From Hyphomicrobiales bacterium (lineage in GTDB: Bacteria > Pseudomonadota > Alphaproteobacteria > MED-G09), in assembly GCA_028339975.1 (NCBI GenBank), contig JAOLDG010000002.1:8302-72301 (forward strand): a DNA stretch of 64,000 bases, written 5' to 3'. Each line of letters opens with the position of its first letter. Position 1 is the first letter of the stretch. Made by a program: the position numbers and the translations under genes. The notes below the pieces were generated by a model. The model did not search any database, was not told where the DNA came from, and worked only from the letters and a program-made list of their open reading frames with translations. Below, piece after piece: positions 51,874 through 62,480 of the stretch.

Positions 51874-52590
51874 ATGTCAAATGTTCGTTATAAGCGAATT
51901 CTTTTAAAAATTTCAGGAGAATCCTTAATGGGTAACGATTCTTATGGTATTGATGTTAAGACCGTTGATAGAATTGCTTCTGAAATATCTCAGGCCTGTG
52001 ATCTAGGAATACAGCTTTGTTTAGTTATCGGCGGTGGAAATATATTCAGAGGCCTAGCAGGCTCTGCAAAGGGAATGGACAGGACCAGTGCTGATTATAT
52101 GGGAATGCTTGCAACTGTTATGAACGCTCTGGCAATGCAAAACTCACTAGAAAGACTAGGTGTTCAAACTAGAGTTCAGTCTGCTATTCCAATGACTTCT
52201 GTTTGTGAGTCATATACTAGGCGAAGAGCTATAAGGCATATGGAAAAAAACCGAGTAGTAATATTTGCTGCCGGAACTGGAAATCCATACTTTACAACAG
52301 ACACTGCAGCCGCTTTAAGAGCTAGCGAGATGGCATGTGAGGCATTATTCAAGGGTACAAAAGTTGATGGTGTTTATTCAAAAGATCCAATTCAATATAA
52401 GGATGCTGTAAAATATAAAAATATTTCTTTTCAAGATGTATTAACTAAAAATTTAAAAGTACTTGATGCTTCGGCAATTTCTTTAGCAAGAGATAATGAC
52501 ATACCTGTAATTGTTTTTTCTATTACAGAAAAAGATTCCTTCTTAAAGGTCTTGAATGGTAATACTGAATCTTCAACAATTATTAATTAA
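51874..52590 (+). CDS. pyrH: Uridylate kinase
   Basis: [27 protein letters not shown]. Confidence 0.98.
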   Translation: MSNVRYKRILLKISGESLMGNDSYGIDVKTVDRIASEISQACDLGIQLCLVIGGGNIFRGLAGSAKGMDRTSADYMGMLATVMNALAMQNSLERLGVQTRVQSAIPMTSVCESYTRRRAIRHMEKNRVVIFAAGTGNPYFTTDTAAALRASEMACEALFKGTKVDGVYSKDPIQYKDAVKYKNISFQDVLTKNLKVLDASAISLARDNDIPVIVFSITEKDSFLKVLNGNTESSTIIN

Positions 52591-52605
52591 CTACGAGAGA
52601 AAAAA

Positions 52606-53166
52606 TTGACTGAAAAACTTAATATAGATGATCTAAAGAGAAGAATGGAGGGCGCTATTACCGCCTTCTCACATGACCTGGCTGGCTTAAGAACTGGAAG
52701 GGCTTCAGCAACTATGATTGATCATATAAGTGTCGATGCATATGGATCTAAAATGCCTATTGAGCAAGTAGGAACTATATCAGTTCCTGAAGCTCGAACT
52801 ATATCGATACAGGTTTGGGATAAGGGTCTTGTAATTTCAGTAGAAAAAGCAATACAAGACGCTGGCTTGGGTCTTAATCCACAATCTGATGGACAGCTAA
52901 TTCGTATTCCTGTTCCTGAACTAAATGAAGAAAGGCGTCAAGAGCTTATCAAGATAGCAGGTAAGTATACAGAACAATCAAAAATTGCTGTAAGAAATAT
53001 TAGAAGGGACGGAATGGACTCTATAAAAGGTATGGAGAAAAACTCTCAAATTGGAAAAGATGATGGAGTTTCTTTATCTTCAGATGTCCAAGACTTAACT
53101 GATAACTATACAAAAAAAATTGATGAAATTTTGCTCAATAAAGAAAAAGAAATTAAACAAGTATAA
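52606..53166 (+). CDS. frr: Ribosome recycling factor (TTG start)
   Basis: LRTGRAS, LGLNP, PELNEERR, VRNIRRD. Confidence 0.97.
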   Translation: MTEKLNIDDLKRRMEGAITAFSHDLAGLRTGRASATMIDHISVDAYGSKMPIEQVGTISVPEARTISIQVWDKGLVISVEKAIQDAGLGLNPQSDGQLIRIPVPELNEERRQELIKIAGKYTEQSKIAVRNIRRDGMDSIKGMEKNSQIGKDDGVSLSSDVQDLTDNYTKKIDEILLNKEKEIKQV

Positions 53167-53172
53167 TTTTTT

Positions 53173-53919
53173 ATGAAACCTTCTGAAAAAAAAGAAAACA
53201 CCCTATCCCATTTAGCAATTATTATGGATGGAAACGGGAGATGGTCTGAGCAAAAAGGATTACCAAGAGAGAACGGTCACAAGGAGGGGGTTAAATCACT
53301 AAGAAAGCTTTTAAGATACATTGATGATTTTAAAATACCATATTTAACTGTTTTTAGTTTTTCTACTGATAATTGGAAAAGACCAAAATCTGAAATTTCG
53401 AACTTAATGAATCTTTTAAGAAAGTTTATCCAAACTGACCTAATTGAGCTTCATAATAATAATGTGAAATTAAGAGTTATTGGAAATCGCGATGGTATAC
53501 CAAAAGATGTTGTAAGACTGATAAATTCTTCTGAATACTTAACAAGGGATAATGATGGCTTGTACTTGCAAATAGCATTTAATTATAGTGGTCGTGATGA
53601 AATTGTTAATGCTGTAAAAAAAATTGGAGCTTCTATAAAATCTGGAGATATTGACCCCTACAATATTAATGAAGAAATTATTAATAGTAATTTATTTACA
53701 GCCGGACTTCCTGAACCTGATTTATTAATAAGAACTGGTTCTGAAAAAAGAATATCAAACTTTTTACTTTGGCAGTTGGCTTATACAGAAATTTATTTTG
53801 AAAAAACACTGTGGCCTGACTTTAATAAAAACCTTTTATCCGAAGCTATTAATGATTTTAATATTAGATATAGAAGATATGGAAGAATCGACGAGAGGGT
53901 AAAAAATGACTCTACCTGA
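53173..53919 (+). CDS. uppS: Undecaprenyl diphosphate synthase
   Basis: HLAIIMDGNGRW, FSTDNWKRP, PDLLIRT..EKRISNFLLWQ. Confidence 0.97.
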   Translation: MKPSEKKENTLSHLAIIMDGNGRWSEQKGLPRENGHKEGVKSLRKLLRYIDDFKIPYLTVFSFSTDNWKRPKSEISNLMNLLRKFIQTDLIELHNNNVKLRVIGNRDGIPKDVVRLINSSEYLTRDNDGLYLQIAFNYSGRDEIVNAVKKIGASIKSGDIDPYNINEEIINSNLFTAGLPEPDLLIRTGSEKRISNFLLWQLAYTEIYFEKTLWPDFNKNLLSEAINDFNIRYRRYGRIDERVKNDST

Positions 53920-54721
53920 AGATTTTACAACAAGAATGATATCAGCAATTTTATTATTGTTTGTTTTTTTTATTCCATTAATCAATGGAGAAATTTTTTT
54001 TAAGACTCTTTTAATTTTTGTATCACCTATTATTTTATTTGAGTGGATGAGGATGGCTTCAAAAAGGTTTTGGATTTTTCGAGGATTAATAGCCTCCTTA
54101 GGTCTTTGTATTATTTTATCACTTTCTTATGTTGGATCTTTATCTGTTTTAATATTCCTTCTCACTTTTTTGTTTATTTGTATTCTAGGGAAATTAACCA
54201 ATAGTGCTTTTAAGCTATCTGCTTTTGGTTTTGTTTATATATCGTCAGCTGTTTTATCAATCCTTTGGCTTAGAGATTCTAGCGAAGGATTGATATCTTT
54301 AATAATTATTTTTTCATCAATTATAGTTAGTGACGTAAGCGCATACCTTTTGGGTAATTGGTTTGGTGGGCCTAAGTTATTTAAAGTAATATCTCCAAAC
54401 AAAACTTTATCAGGATTCATCGGTGCAATTGTTTTTGGCACCGGATGGTTCAGTTTATTAATTTTATTTTTTTCTGGTAGCTCCGATATTAAATTTATTT
54501 TAATAGGACTTGCAATTGTTATTACTTCAATTTTTGGAGATTTATTTATTTCTTTTTTAAAAAGAAAAGCAGAAATAAAAGACACAAGCTTTCTTTTGCC
54601 TGGACATGGGGGCTTGCTGGATAGGGCTGATAGCATTCTCCCTGTTTTTATTTTAGTTCCTATTTTAGTAATCTTATTTGGTTTTATAGAAGATCCATCT
54701 TTGTTATTTATGGGTTGGTAG
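53906..54721 (+). CDS. cdsA: Phosphatidate cytidylyltransferase
   Basis: ISPNKT, GDLFISFLKR, KD..FLLPGHGGLLDRAD. Confidence 0.95.
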   Translation: MTLPEDFTTRMISAILLLFVFFIPLINGEIFFKTLLIFVSPIILFEWMRMASKRFWIFRGLIASLGLCIILSLSYVGSLSVLIFLLTFLFICILGKLTNSAFKLSAFGFVYISSAVLSILWLRDSSEGLISLIIIFSSIIVSDVSAYLLGNWFGGPKLFKVISPNKTLSGFIGAIVFGTGWFSLLILFFSGSSDIKFILIGLAIVITSIFGDLFISFLKRKAEIKDTSFLLPGHGGLLDRADSILPVFILVPILVILFGFIEDPSLLFMGW

Positions 54722-54722
54722 G

Positions 54723-55889
54723 GTGAAAAAAAAATCTATTTCAATTTTTGGAGTAACGGGATCAGTAGGTTCAAGTACTTTAGAGTTATTAAGGCAAAGA
54801 AAAAATGAATTTGATGTCGTTGCTATAACTTGCAATAAAAATATAGATTTACTATTGGAGTTATCAAGAGAGTTTAGCCCCAAGGCACTATGTGTTGCAG
54901 ATGAAAATTATTATTTAGACTTAAAAGAAAAAGCTGGAAAAAATATTGAATGTTTTGGAGGAAGTGAAGGGCTAAAAGACATTGCCAATTATAGAACTGA
55001 TATAGTAGTGGCCTCAATCGTTGGTCTTGCTGGGCTAGAGCCTTTATTAAACTCTATCAAAAATTCAAGTATAATTGCTTTAGCAAATAAGGAATGTGTT
55101 GTTGCTGCAGGCTCATTGATAAAAAAACAAACAAAAATAAATGATTGCCAAATAATCCCTATTGATAGTGAGCATAATGCAATTTTTCAAATTTTAGATG
55201 GAAAGCCTATTGAGGATGTTAGTAAAATATTTTTAACGGCATCAGGAGGACCTTTTCATGGCCTTAATCAGGATGAGCTTGGGAAGGTTACTCCAGAGCA
55301 AGCGATTAAACATCCTGTATGGAATATGGGTAAGAAAATTTCAGTGGATTCAGCAACACTTATGAATAAAGGTCTGGAAATAATAGAGGCCCATCATTTA
55401 TTTTCTCTTGAAAGTAAAAAAATTCAAGTAATAATTCACAAGCAGTCAATTATCCATGGTCTAACCTTAATGAAAAATGGAGCTTTGCTAGGTTATTTTG
55501 GAAAGCCAAGTATGTTAAACCCTATTGATCATGCGCTATCATGGCCAGTCTGTAAAAATAATGATATCGACCCTATCTCTATTGAAGATTTAAACAATTT
55601 GAGTGTTGAGAGCGTTTCAGATGAAGACTTTAAGTCTATTTACCTTTCTAGGTATGCTCTTGAAAAGGGAGGTTTTTATCCTATTTTCTTAAATGCTTCT
55701 AATGAAGTTGCTGTTAATGCCTTTTTAGAAAATAAAATAAAGTTTTTAGATATTCCAGATGTAATTGAGAAAGTTATAGAGGAAATTGGACATTCTAGTA
55801 ATAAATCATTAGAAACTATGGGTAACATTGAAGAAATTGTAACGGCAGATACTGAAGCAAGAATTAAGACTTTGGAAATTATAGGATAG
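54723..55889 (+). CDS. dxr: 1-deoxy-D-xylulose 5-phosphate reductoisomerase (GTG start)
   Basis: GVTGSVG, LANKE, PIDSEHNA, LTASGGPF, WNMGKKISVDSAT. Confidence 0.97.
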   Translation: MKKKSISIFGVTGSVGSSTLELLRQRKNEFDVVAITCNKNIDLLLELSREFSPKALCVADENYYLDLKEKAGKNIECFGGSEGLKDIANYRTDIVVASIVGLAGLEPLLNSIKNSSIIALANKECVVAAGSLIKKQTKINDCQIIPIDSEHNAIFQILDGKPIEDVSKIFLTASGGPFHGLNQDELGKVTPEQAIKHPVWNMGKKISVDSATLMNKGLEIIEAHHLFSLESKKIQVIIHKQSIIHGLTLMKNGALLGYFGKPSMLNPIDHALSWPVCKNNDIDPISIEDLNNLSVESVSDEDFKSIYLSRYALEKGGFYPIFLNASNEVAVNAFLENKIKFLDIPDVIEKVIEEIGHSSNKSLETMGNIEEIVTADTEARIKTLEIIG

Positions 55890-55899
55890 GGATTTTAGT

Positions 55900-57021
55900 A
55901 TGGAGCAACTATTTAGTTTATTAGGTTATATTCCTTCAATGATGCAGTATATTCTGGCATTCTCCTTTCTTATTACTGTTGTTGTTTTTGTTCATGAGAT
56001 GGGACATTACCTTGTTGGCAAGTGGTGCGGCATAGGTGTGGAGACATTTTCTATAGGAATGGGAAAACAACTATGGGGCAGGTATGATAAGTCAGGGACT
56101 TTATGGCGAATAGCGTTATTTCCTGTTGGGGGTTATGTAAAGTTCAAAGGTGATGAAGATTTATCTGGTAAAAAAGATTTATCTTCTTCGGTAAATGATT
56201 CAGAAAATTTCCATTCAAAATCTGTGTGGCAGAAAATTGCAACAACAGCCGCGGGTCCAATTTTTAATTTTATTTTAGCTATTTTTATTTTTGCGGCAAT
56301 TTTTGTCTTTCGTGGTGAAACAATTGTCGAGCCCTATGTCAGCCAAGTAGTAAAAGATTCGGCGGCATCAAAAGCAGGAATAAAGGAAGGAGATTTTATT
56401 ATCTCAATTAATGGGTCTGACATAGATTCATTTAATGATATTCGAAATATTGTTTTAGAGAATCCTGAAAAAAAATTAGACTTAATTGTCACAAGAAATA
56501 ATGAAGAAATTTCCCTTAATGTTCAGCCAAGCATTGTTATAGAAAAAGACCGATTTGGAAGTGAATATAAAATAGGTAGAATTGGAATTATTGCTGAGCA
56601 AGATCCCTCGTTTTTTCAAAAGAAAAAATATAATATTTTTTCTGGAATATACAGAGGTACTCAAGAGACATTTTTCCTTGCGTCAAAAATTCTTGACTAT
56701 CTAGGAAAGCTTATTATCGGAAGAGAATCTGTTGATCAAATGGGCGGTCCAATAAAAATTGTTCAAATTTCTGGTCAAGTTGCCGAGTATGGTTTTATTC
56801 CTTTACTTGGATTAATTGCAGCCATATCAGTTAATCTAGGCGTAATAAATTTATTACCTATACCAGTCCTTGATGGAGGTCATTTATTATTTTATATGTA
56901 CGAGGTAGTTTTTGGAAAACCTGTTAATCAGAAAGTTCAAGAATATGGTATGCAGATAGGGGTTAGCCTTTTAATTGCCCTTATGGTTTTTGTTACTATT
57001 CTTGATATAAGTCGTTTATAA
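55900..57021 (+). CDS. rseP: Intramembrane zinc metalloprotease RseP
   Basis: HEMGH, GGYVK, AGPIFN, one PDZ domain, NLLPIPVLDGG. Confidence 0.96.
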   Translation: MEQLFSLLGYIPSMMQYILAFSFLITVVVFVHEMGHYLVGKWCGIGVETFSIGMGKQLWGRYDKSGTLWRIALFPVGGYVKFKGDEDLSGKKDLSSSVNDSENFHSKSVWQKIATTAAGPIFNFILAIFIFAAIFVFRGETIVEPYVSQVVKDSAASKAGIKEGDFIISINGSDIDSFNDIRNIVLENPEKKLDLIVTRNNEEISLNVQPSIVIEKDRFGSEYKIGRIGIIAEQDPSFFQKKKYNIFSGIYRGTQETFFLASKILDYLGKLIIGRESVDQMGGPIKIVQISGQVAEYGFIPLLGLIAAISVNLGVINLLPIPVLDGGHLLFYMYEVVFGKPVNQKVQEYGMQIGVSLLIALMVFVTILDISRL

Positions 57022-57049
57022 ATTTCAGCACTATTTCTCTAGGGATAAA

Positions 57050-59512
57050 ATGAATAAATATCAAAATTTAATATTTATAGTATTTGCATTCTTTTTGCTC
57101 AGCTACCCTATTTATTCTCAAGATATCGAGGAGACTAATGTTGATACTCCTTTGGTTCAAAGTTTTGAAAGAATCCTTTTTGTTGAAGTCAAAGGTTCAC
57201 AAAGAATAGAACCTGATACTATACGATCCTATATGACGATTCGACCTGGTGACCTTTATAGCGAAGAAATAGTTGATCAATCTCTAAAAATTCTTTTTAA
57301 TACTGGTTTATTTGCTGATGTTGCAATTCGATACGAGAAATCTGGATTAATAGTTTTTGTAGTCGAAAATCCTATTATAAATAGAGTTGATTTTGAGGGT
57401 AATAAGGCACTCAAGACTGATAAATTTGAAGAAGAGGTGGAGCTAAGTCCTCGTTCTGTTTATACTAGATCAAAAGTTCAAGCTGATGTTCAAAGGTTAG
57501 TTGAACTTTACAGGCGATCTGGAAGATTTTCCTCTATAATTGAGCCGAAGGTAATACGGCAGCCTCAAAATCGAGTTGATTTAATTTTTGAAATAACCGA
57601 AGGACCTACAACAGGAGTTTCATCAATAAACTTTCTAGGCAATAAGGAATTTAAAGATAGGAAATTAAAAGGTAAGTTGGTTACAAAAGAATCTCGCTGG
57701 TGGAAATTCTTTTCATCGGATGACTCATACGACCCTGATAAGCTTGCGTATGACAGAGAGGAGTTAAGAAAATTTTATTTAGACGAGGGTTTTGCAGATT
57801 TTCAGGTCATTTCTGCAGTTGCTGAGTTAGCCCAAGATGGCTCTAACTTTATTATTACCTATGTTCTTGACGAAGGGCGTGAATATGAGTTTGGTGAAGC
57901 AAGCATAACAAGCACTCTTCCTAACATGGACACAAATGATCTACTTCCTTTAATTGATCATAGAAAGGGAAATATTTATAAAGCCACACAAATAGACTCT
58001 TCAATAGATCAAATCACATTAGCTGTTGGCGAGGATGGATATGCTTCTGCGGAAGTTAGGCCTAGAGTAAAAAGAAATAAAGAAGAGGGTATTATTGATA
58101 TTGTTTATTCAATTGAAGAAGGTCCTAGGGTTTATGTTGAAAAAGTCAATATCAATCAAAACTCAAGAACTCGCGATGAAGTCATAAGAAGAGAGCTTAG
58201 AGTTCTTGAAGGTGATTCCTATAATAAAGTTTTAATTGATAGATCTGAAACTAAAATTAAAGGCTTAGGTTATTTTAAAGAGGTCGATGTCAGTGTTCGC
58301 CCCGGATCTATAGAAGATAGAATGATAATTGATTTTAACGTTGAGGAGCAGCCTACGGGTGAGCTCTCAGTTGGCGCAGGCTTTTCATCTGCTGAGAGTC
58401 TTCTTTTGGAAATAGGGATATCTGAAAGAAACCTTTTGGGTCGCGGTCAGTCAGTTAAATTAAATATTGCTAACTCAGAAAGAAGAAAGCAATTTGAAAT
58501 TGGTTTTACACAACCATACTTTTTAGGAAGAAGGTTGTCGGCAGGATTTGATATATTCCATATTGATAATGATTATAGGCGTTATTCTTCTTATAGATCC
58601 ATGCAATCAGGAGCATCGTTGAGAGCCGTTTTTCCTATGTCAGACTTTTCAAGTCTTCAGATTTTTTATAGATATTTTCAGGAAGAAATTTCTAGTTATA
58701 ATTTCGATAGCGGTTACAATTTAGCTGATGATTATAACGCTGATAAATCAGAATTTGGTTATAGTTATGCCGTAGATACTAGGGATGATTATATTGATCC
58801 CACATCAGGCTGGACCTTTTCTTTTGGACAAGACCTGGCTGGTTTATTAGGAGATTCTGAATACCTAAGAACTACTGCAGGCGGAAAATATTATTATGAA
58901 ATTGCACAAAATTGGATTGTCAATGTAGGTGCTAACGCTGGTTATATTTACAATTATTCTGATAAAAATTTAAGAATTAATGATAGATTTTTTAAGGGTG
59001 GTACTACTTTTAGAGGATTTGACAGAGCGGGCGTTGGTCCAAAGGAGATAATTACTGACAGACCGCGCGGTGCAGAGTTTTTTGCCATTGGCACGATTGA
59101 GTTAACAATACCTCTTGGTCTACCCGACGAATTTGGATTAAAAACAGCTCTGTTTAGTGATTTTGGTGTTCTTGGTAAAAATGATGACACAGATAGAGTA
59201 TTGAATAACTTTCAAGCACAAGAGCTTCTATCTGACCCCGCTGGTATGTATTATGATCCTTCGGCTTTATTAAACAAAGATTATGGCGCTATCAATAATG
59301 CTTGTGGTCTTGATGGGGCGGGTATGAATGAAAAATACGGTACTCTTTGTACACAGTTTGTTGATGATGCATCCTTCAGGGCAACAATAGGAATAACGTT
59401 AAATTGGAACTCACCATTTGGTCCAATTCGTTTTGATGTTGGGCGTGCAGTGGCCAGTGAAGATTATGATGATGCCAAATTCTTTAGATTTAGTGGCGGT
59501 ACTAGATTTTAA
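57050..59512 (+). CDS. bamA: Outer membrane protein assembly factor BamA
   Basis: Signal peptide, POTRA repeats, EQPTGE beta1, FRGF loop-6 motif, WNSPFGPIRFD, terminal Phe. Confidence 0.97.
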   Translation: MNKYQNLIFIVFAFFLLSYPIYSQDIEETNVDTPLVQSFERILFVEVKGSQRIEPDTIRSYMTIRPGDLYSEEIVDQSLKILFNTGLFADVAIRYEKSGLIVFVVENPIINRVDFEGNKALKTDKFEEEVELSPRSVYTRSKVQADVQRLVELYRRSGRFSSIIEPKVIRQPQNRVDLIFEITEGPTTGVSSINFLGNKEFKDRKLKGKLVTKESRWWKFFSSDDSYDPDKLAYDREELRKFYLDEGFADFQVISAVAELAQDGSNFIITYVLDEGREYEFGEASITSTLPNMDTNDLLPLIDHRKGNIYKATQIDSSIDQITLAVGEDGYASAEVRPRVKRNKEEGIIDIVYSIEEGPRVYVEKVNINQNSRTRDEVIRRELRVLEGDSYNKVLIDRSETKIKGLGYFKEVDVSVRPGSIEDRMIIDFNVEEQPTGELSVGAGFSSAESLLLEIGISERNLLGRGQSVKLNIANSERRKQFEIGFTQPYFLGRRLSAGFDIFHIDNDYRRYSSYRSMQSGASLRAVFPMSDFSSLQIFYRYFQEEISSYNFDSGYNLADDYNADKSEFGYSYAVDTRDDYIDPTSGWTFSFGQDLAGLLGDSEYLRTTAGGKYYYEIAQNWIVNVGANAGYIYNYSDKNLRINDRFFKGGTTFRGFDRAGVGPKEIITDRPRGAEFFAIGTIELTIPLGLPDEFGLKTALFSDFGVLGKNDDTDRVLNNFQAQELLSDPAGMYYDPSALLNKDYGAINNACGLDGAGMNEKYGTLCTQFVDDASFRATIGITLNWNSPFGPIRFDVGRAVASEDYDDAKFFRFSGGTRF

Positions 59513-59633
59513 TTATTAAAAAGGCTAATAGAGTATCTTAATGTACTTTATTGCTAGATAGTGTATATGTTTTTGATATAATCATTAAATGAATATTTAT
59601 TTAAATTGTATCATTAAATATTTGGAGGAAAAT

Positions 59634-60173
59634 ATGAAAAAGTTATTTATCATTTTTGCGATAGCTCTTGTTGTTGGATCTTTATCTACACCTGCTAAAG
59701 CAGCTGAAGACGTATTAATTGTGAATTTACAATATGTCGTCTCTCAATCAAAATCAGGCGTCTCACTTAGAAAACAAAGTGAAGCTCTTAATAAAGAAGT
59801 AGTTGACCTTAGAGATAGTATTTCTAAAGACCTTCAAGCAAAAGGTAAAAAATTAGAAGATGATAAGACTCTTCTTGCACCTGAGGTTTTCCAAGAGAGA
59901 TTACAGGCATTACAAGCTGAAGCTGAAACAAAGCAACTTGAGCTTCAAACAAAAGTGCAAAAAATTCAGGAAGGTATTCAAAGAGCATCATCTTCAATTG
60001 ATTCAGTTATGAGCCCAATTTTACAAGAGTTAGTTAACGAAAAAGGTGCTAAAATTCTACTTGATAGACAGGCTATCTTATTTGGTGATCCTAAATTAGA
60101 TATTTCAGCTGAAGTAGTAAAAAAACTCAATAAAAGGCTTCCGGACGTAAAGATAAATATTTCTGACGAATAG
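59634..60173 (+). CDS. skp: Skp/OmpH periplasmic chaperone
   Basis: GGAGG RBS, signal peptide MKKLF...AKA, coiled coil, C-terminal LDISAEVVKKLN; position between bamA and lpxD. Confidence 0.88.
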   Translation: MKKLFIIFAIALVVGSLSTPAKAAEDVLIVNLQYVVSQSKSGVSLRKQSEALNKEVVDLRDSISKDLQAKGKKLEDDKTLLAPEVFQERLQALQAEAETKQLELQTKVQKIQEGIQRASSSIDSVMSPILQELVNEKGAKILLDRQAILFGDPKLDISAEVVKKLNKRLPDVKINISDE

Positions 60174-60188
60174 GAGTTTTTTTTATTA

Positions 60189-61232
60189 ATGAGTGACCCT
60201 AGATTTTTTGAAAATTCAGGACCGTTTAATTTAATAGAGATTGCTAATCTTGTTAAAGGTGAGTTATCCTGTAATGAGATCAATATCTCTATTTCAGATA
60301 TATCCTCACTCAGTTTTGCTACTAAAAATGATATATGTTTTTTTCAAGATCTTTCCTACAAGAGTGACTTGATTGAAACTAAAGCAGCAGCTTGTTTAAT
60401 TAAAGAAGAGCACAAGCATTATGCTCCTGATAGCCTTATTCTAATTTTCTCTGATGATCCTTATATGGATTTTACATTAATTTCTCAGTATTTTTATCCA
60501 GACGAAATTTCTCCAAAAAGTACTTCAAATTTTGAAAAAAGTTTATCAAAAGATGGAGTTGATCATTCTGCTATTGTCGACCCAAGTTCTACTATTGAAA
60601 AGGGTGCTGTAATTGGAGCAAATGTATCTATTGGAGAGAATTGTACTATATCTTCTAATGCAGTCATCGGAAAAGGTGTTCAAATAGGCTCTGGAAGCTT
60701 TATAGGCGCTAACGTAACAATAACACATTCAATTATAGGTGATTGTAATATAATTCATCAAGGATCATCGATAGGGCAGGATGGGTTTGGATTTGCAATG
60801 TCAGCTACTGGACATAAAAAAATACCTCAAGTAGGGCGGGTTGTAACTCAAGAAAATGTTGAAATAGGAGCTAATTGCTCCATTGACCGTGGAAGTATCC
60901 AAGATACTATAATTAAGAAAGGAACTAAAATTGATAATATGGTGCATATAGCTCATAATTGTGTAATTGGAGAAAATTGTATTATTGCTGGTATGGTAGG
61001 TCTTGCAGGATCAACTACATTAGAAGATTTTGTGGTTATGGGTGCTAAATCTGGGGCAGTTGGGCATATCACAATCGGAAGTGGTTCTCAGATTGCTGCT
61101 AAGGCTGGTGTTAGTAAAAGTCTTCCACCAGGAAAAAAATGGGCCGGTTTTCCTATAAGAGAAATGAATTTGTGGAAAAGGGACCTTTTGAGTATTAGGA
61201 AATTATCTAAGGGTAAGAAAAATGATAAATAA
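60189..61232 (+). CDS. lpxD: UDP-3-O-(3-hydroxyacyl)glucosamine N-acyltransferase
   Basis: Hexapeptide repeats, IGQDGFGF, KIDNMVHIAHN. Confidence 0.97.
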   Translation: MSDPRFFENSGPFNLIEIANLVKGELSCNEINISISDISSLSFATKNDICFFQDLSYKSDLIETKAAACLIKEEHKHYAPDSLILIFSDDPYMDFTLISQYFYPDEISPKSTSNFEKSLSKDGVDHSAIVDPSSTIEKGAVIGANVSIGENCTISSNAVIGKGVQIGSGSFIGANVTITHSIIGDCNIIHQGSSIGQDGFGFAMSATGHKKIPQVGRVVTQENVEIGANCSIDRGSIQDTIIKKGTKIDNMVHIAHNCVIGENCIIAGMVGLAGSTTLEDFVVMGAKSGAVGHITIGSGSQIAAKAGVSKSLPPGKKWAGFPIREMNLWKRDLLSIRKLSKGKKNDK

Positions 61233-61683
61233 AAAGAACAGTATTGATGCAAAAGAAATTCTAAATCTTATCCCCCATAGATATCCATTTCTTTTGGTTG
61301 ATAGAATTGAAGAAATTATTGTAAATCAGAGTTGTACTGGTATAAAAAATGTAACAATAAACGAACCTTTTTTCCCTGGTCATTTCCCTGGTCATCCGAT
61401 AATGCCAGGTGTTTTAATAATTGAGTCAATGGCACAAACTGCCAGCGCACTAGTAGTTTATGGATATGATGGAGATATAGAGGGATTGTCTGTTTACCTA
61501 ATGAAGGTCGATAAAGCTAAATTCCGTAAACCAGTTCTACCTGGGGATCAGCTCAGGATGGAAATAATCAAAGAAAGAAATAAGGGCGAAGTTTGGCAGT
61601 TTTTTGGAAAAGCTTTTGTCGATGATAAGCTTGTCGCTGAAGCAAGTATTACAGCAATGGTTGTAAAATTAGGTGAGAAATAA
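61222..61683 (+). CDS. fabZ: 3-hydroxyacyl-ACP dehydratase
   Basis: PHRYPFLLVD, GHFPGHPIMPGVLIIE. Confidence 0.98.
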   Translation: MINKKNSIDAKEILNLIPHRYPFLLVDRIEEIIVNQSCTGIKNVTINEPFFPGHFPGHPIMPGVLIIESMAQTASALVVYGYDGDIEGLSVYLMKVDKAKFRKPVLPGDQLRMEIIKERNKGEVWQFFGKAFVDDKLVAEASITAMVVKLGEK

Positions 61684-61685
61684 AA

Positions 61686-62477
61686 ATGAGCTTAATTCAT
61701 CCTACAGCAATAATAAATTCTTCTGCTAAAATAGATAAAAGTGCTCAAATTGGACCTTATTGTATCATTGGCGAAAATGTTATAATTGAAAAAAATGTTA
61801 TTCTTTTATCAAATGTTGTTATTTCTGGACGAACAACTGTTGGCGAAGGAACAAAAGTTTGGCCATTCACAGTTTTGGGTGGCGAGCCTCAAGATCTTAA
61901 ATTTGATGGCGAGGATGGTTCATTAGTAATTGGAAAAAACAATAGCATAAGGGAGCATGTGACGATGCACTTCGGAACTGAAGCCGGAGGATTAGAAACA
62001 ACCATAGGTGATAATAATTTATTTATGGCAGGTTCGCATGTTGCACATGATTGTTTGATTGGAAATAATTGTGTTTTTGCTAACAATGTAATGCTTGCAG
62101 GCCATGTTATAGTGGGTGATTTTGCAATTCTTGGTGGCCTTTCGGCGGTTCATCAGTGGACGAGAATTGGATCTTACTCCTTTTTGGGAGGCTTTTCAGC
62201 TTTAACAAAAGACTTGATCCCATTTGGTTTAGCTATAGGTAATCGCGCTGTTTTAGAAGGTTTAAATTTAACTGGATTAAGAAGAAGAAATTTTGATAGT
62301 TCTGAAATTAAAAAAGTAAAAGAAGCATATTCTATTTTATTTGAATCAAGTGAAACTGAATTTAAAAAAAGAGTTATTTTATTAAAGGATTCAAAAATTC
62401 AATCAACTGTTGTTAATGATATAATTGATTTTGTTAGTCAGAAGGGTAACAGAAGTTACTGTTTACCAGAAAGTTAA
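61686..62477 (+). CDS. lpxA: UDP-N-acetylglucosamine acyltransferase
   Basis: IHPTAII, PQDLKF, HVAHDC, LAGHV, VHQW. Confidence 0.97.
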   Translation: MSLIHPTAIINSSAKIDKSAQIGPYCIIGENVIIEKNVILLSNVVISGRTTVGEGTKVWPFTVLGGEPQDLKFDGEDGSLVIGKNNSIREHVTMHFGTEAGGLETTIGDNNLFMAGSHVAHDCLIGNNCVFANNVMLAGHVIVGDFAILGGLSAVHQWTRIGSYSFLGGFSALTKDLIPFGLAIGNRAVLEGLNLTGLRRRNFDSSEIKKVKEAYSILFESSETEFKKRVILLKDSKIQSTVVNDIIDFVSQKGNRSYCLPES

Positions 62478-62480
62478 ATT

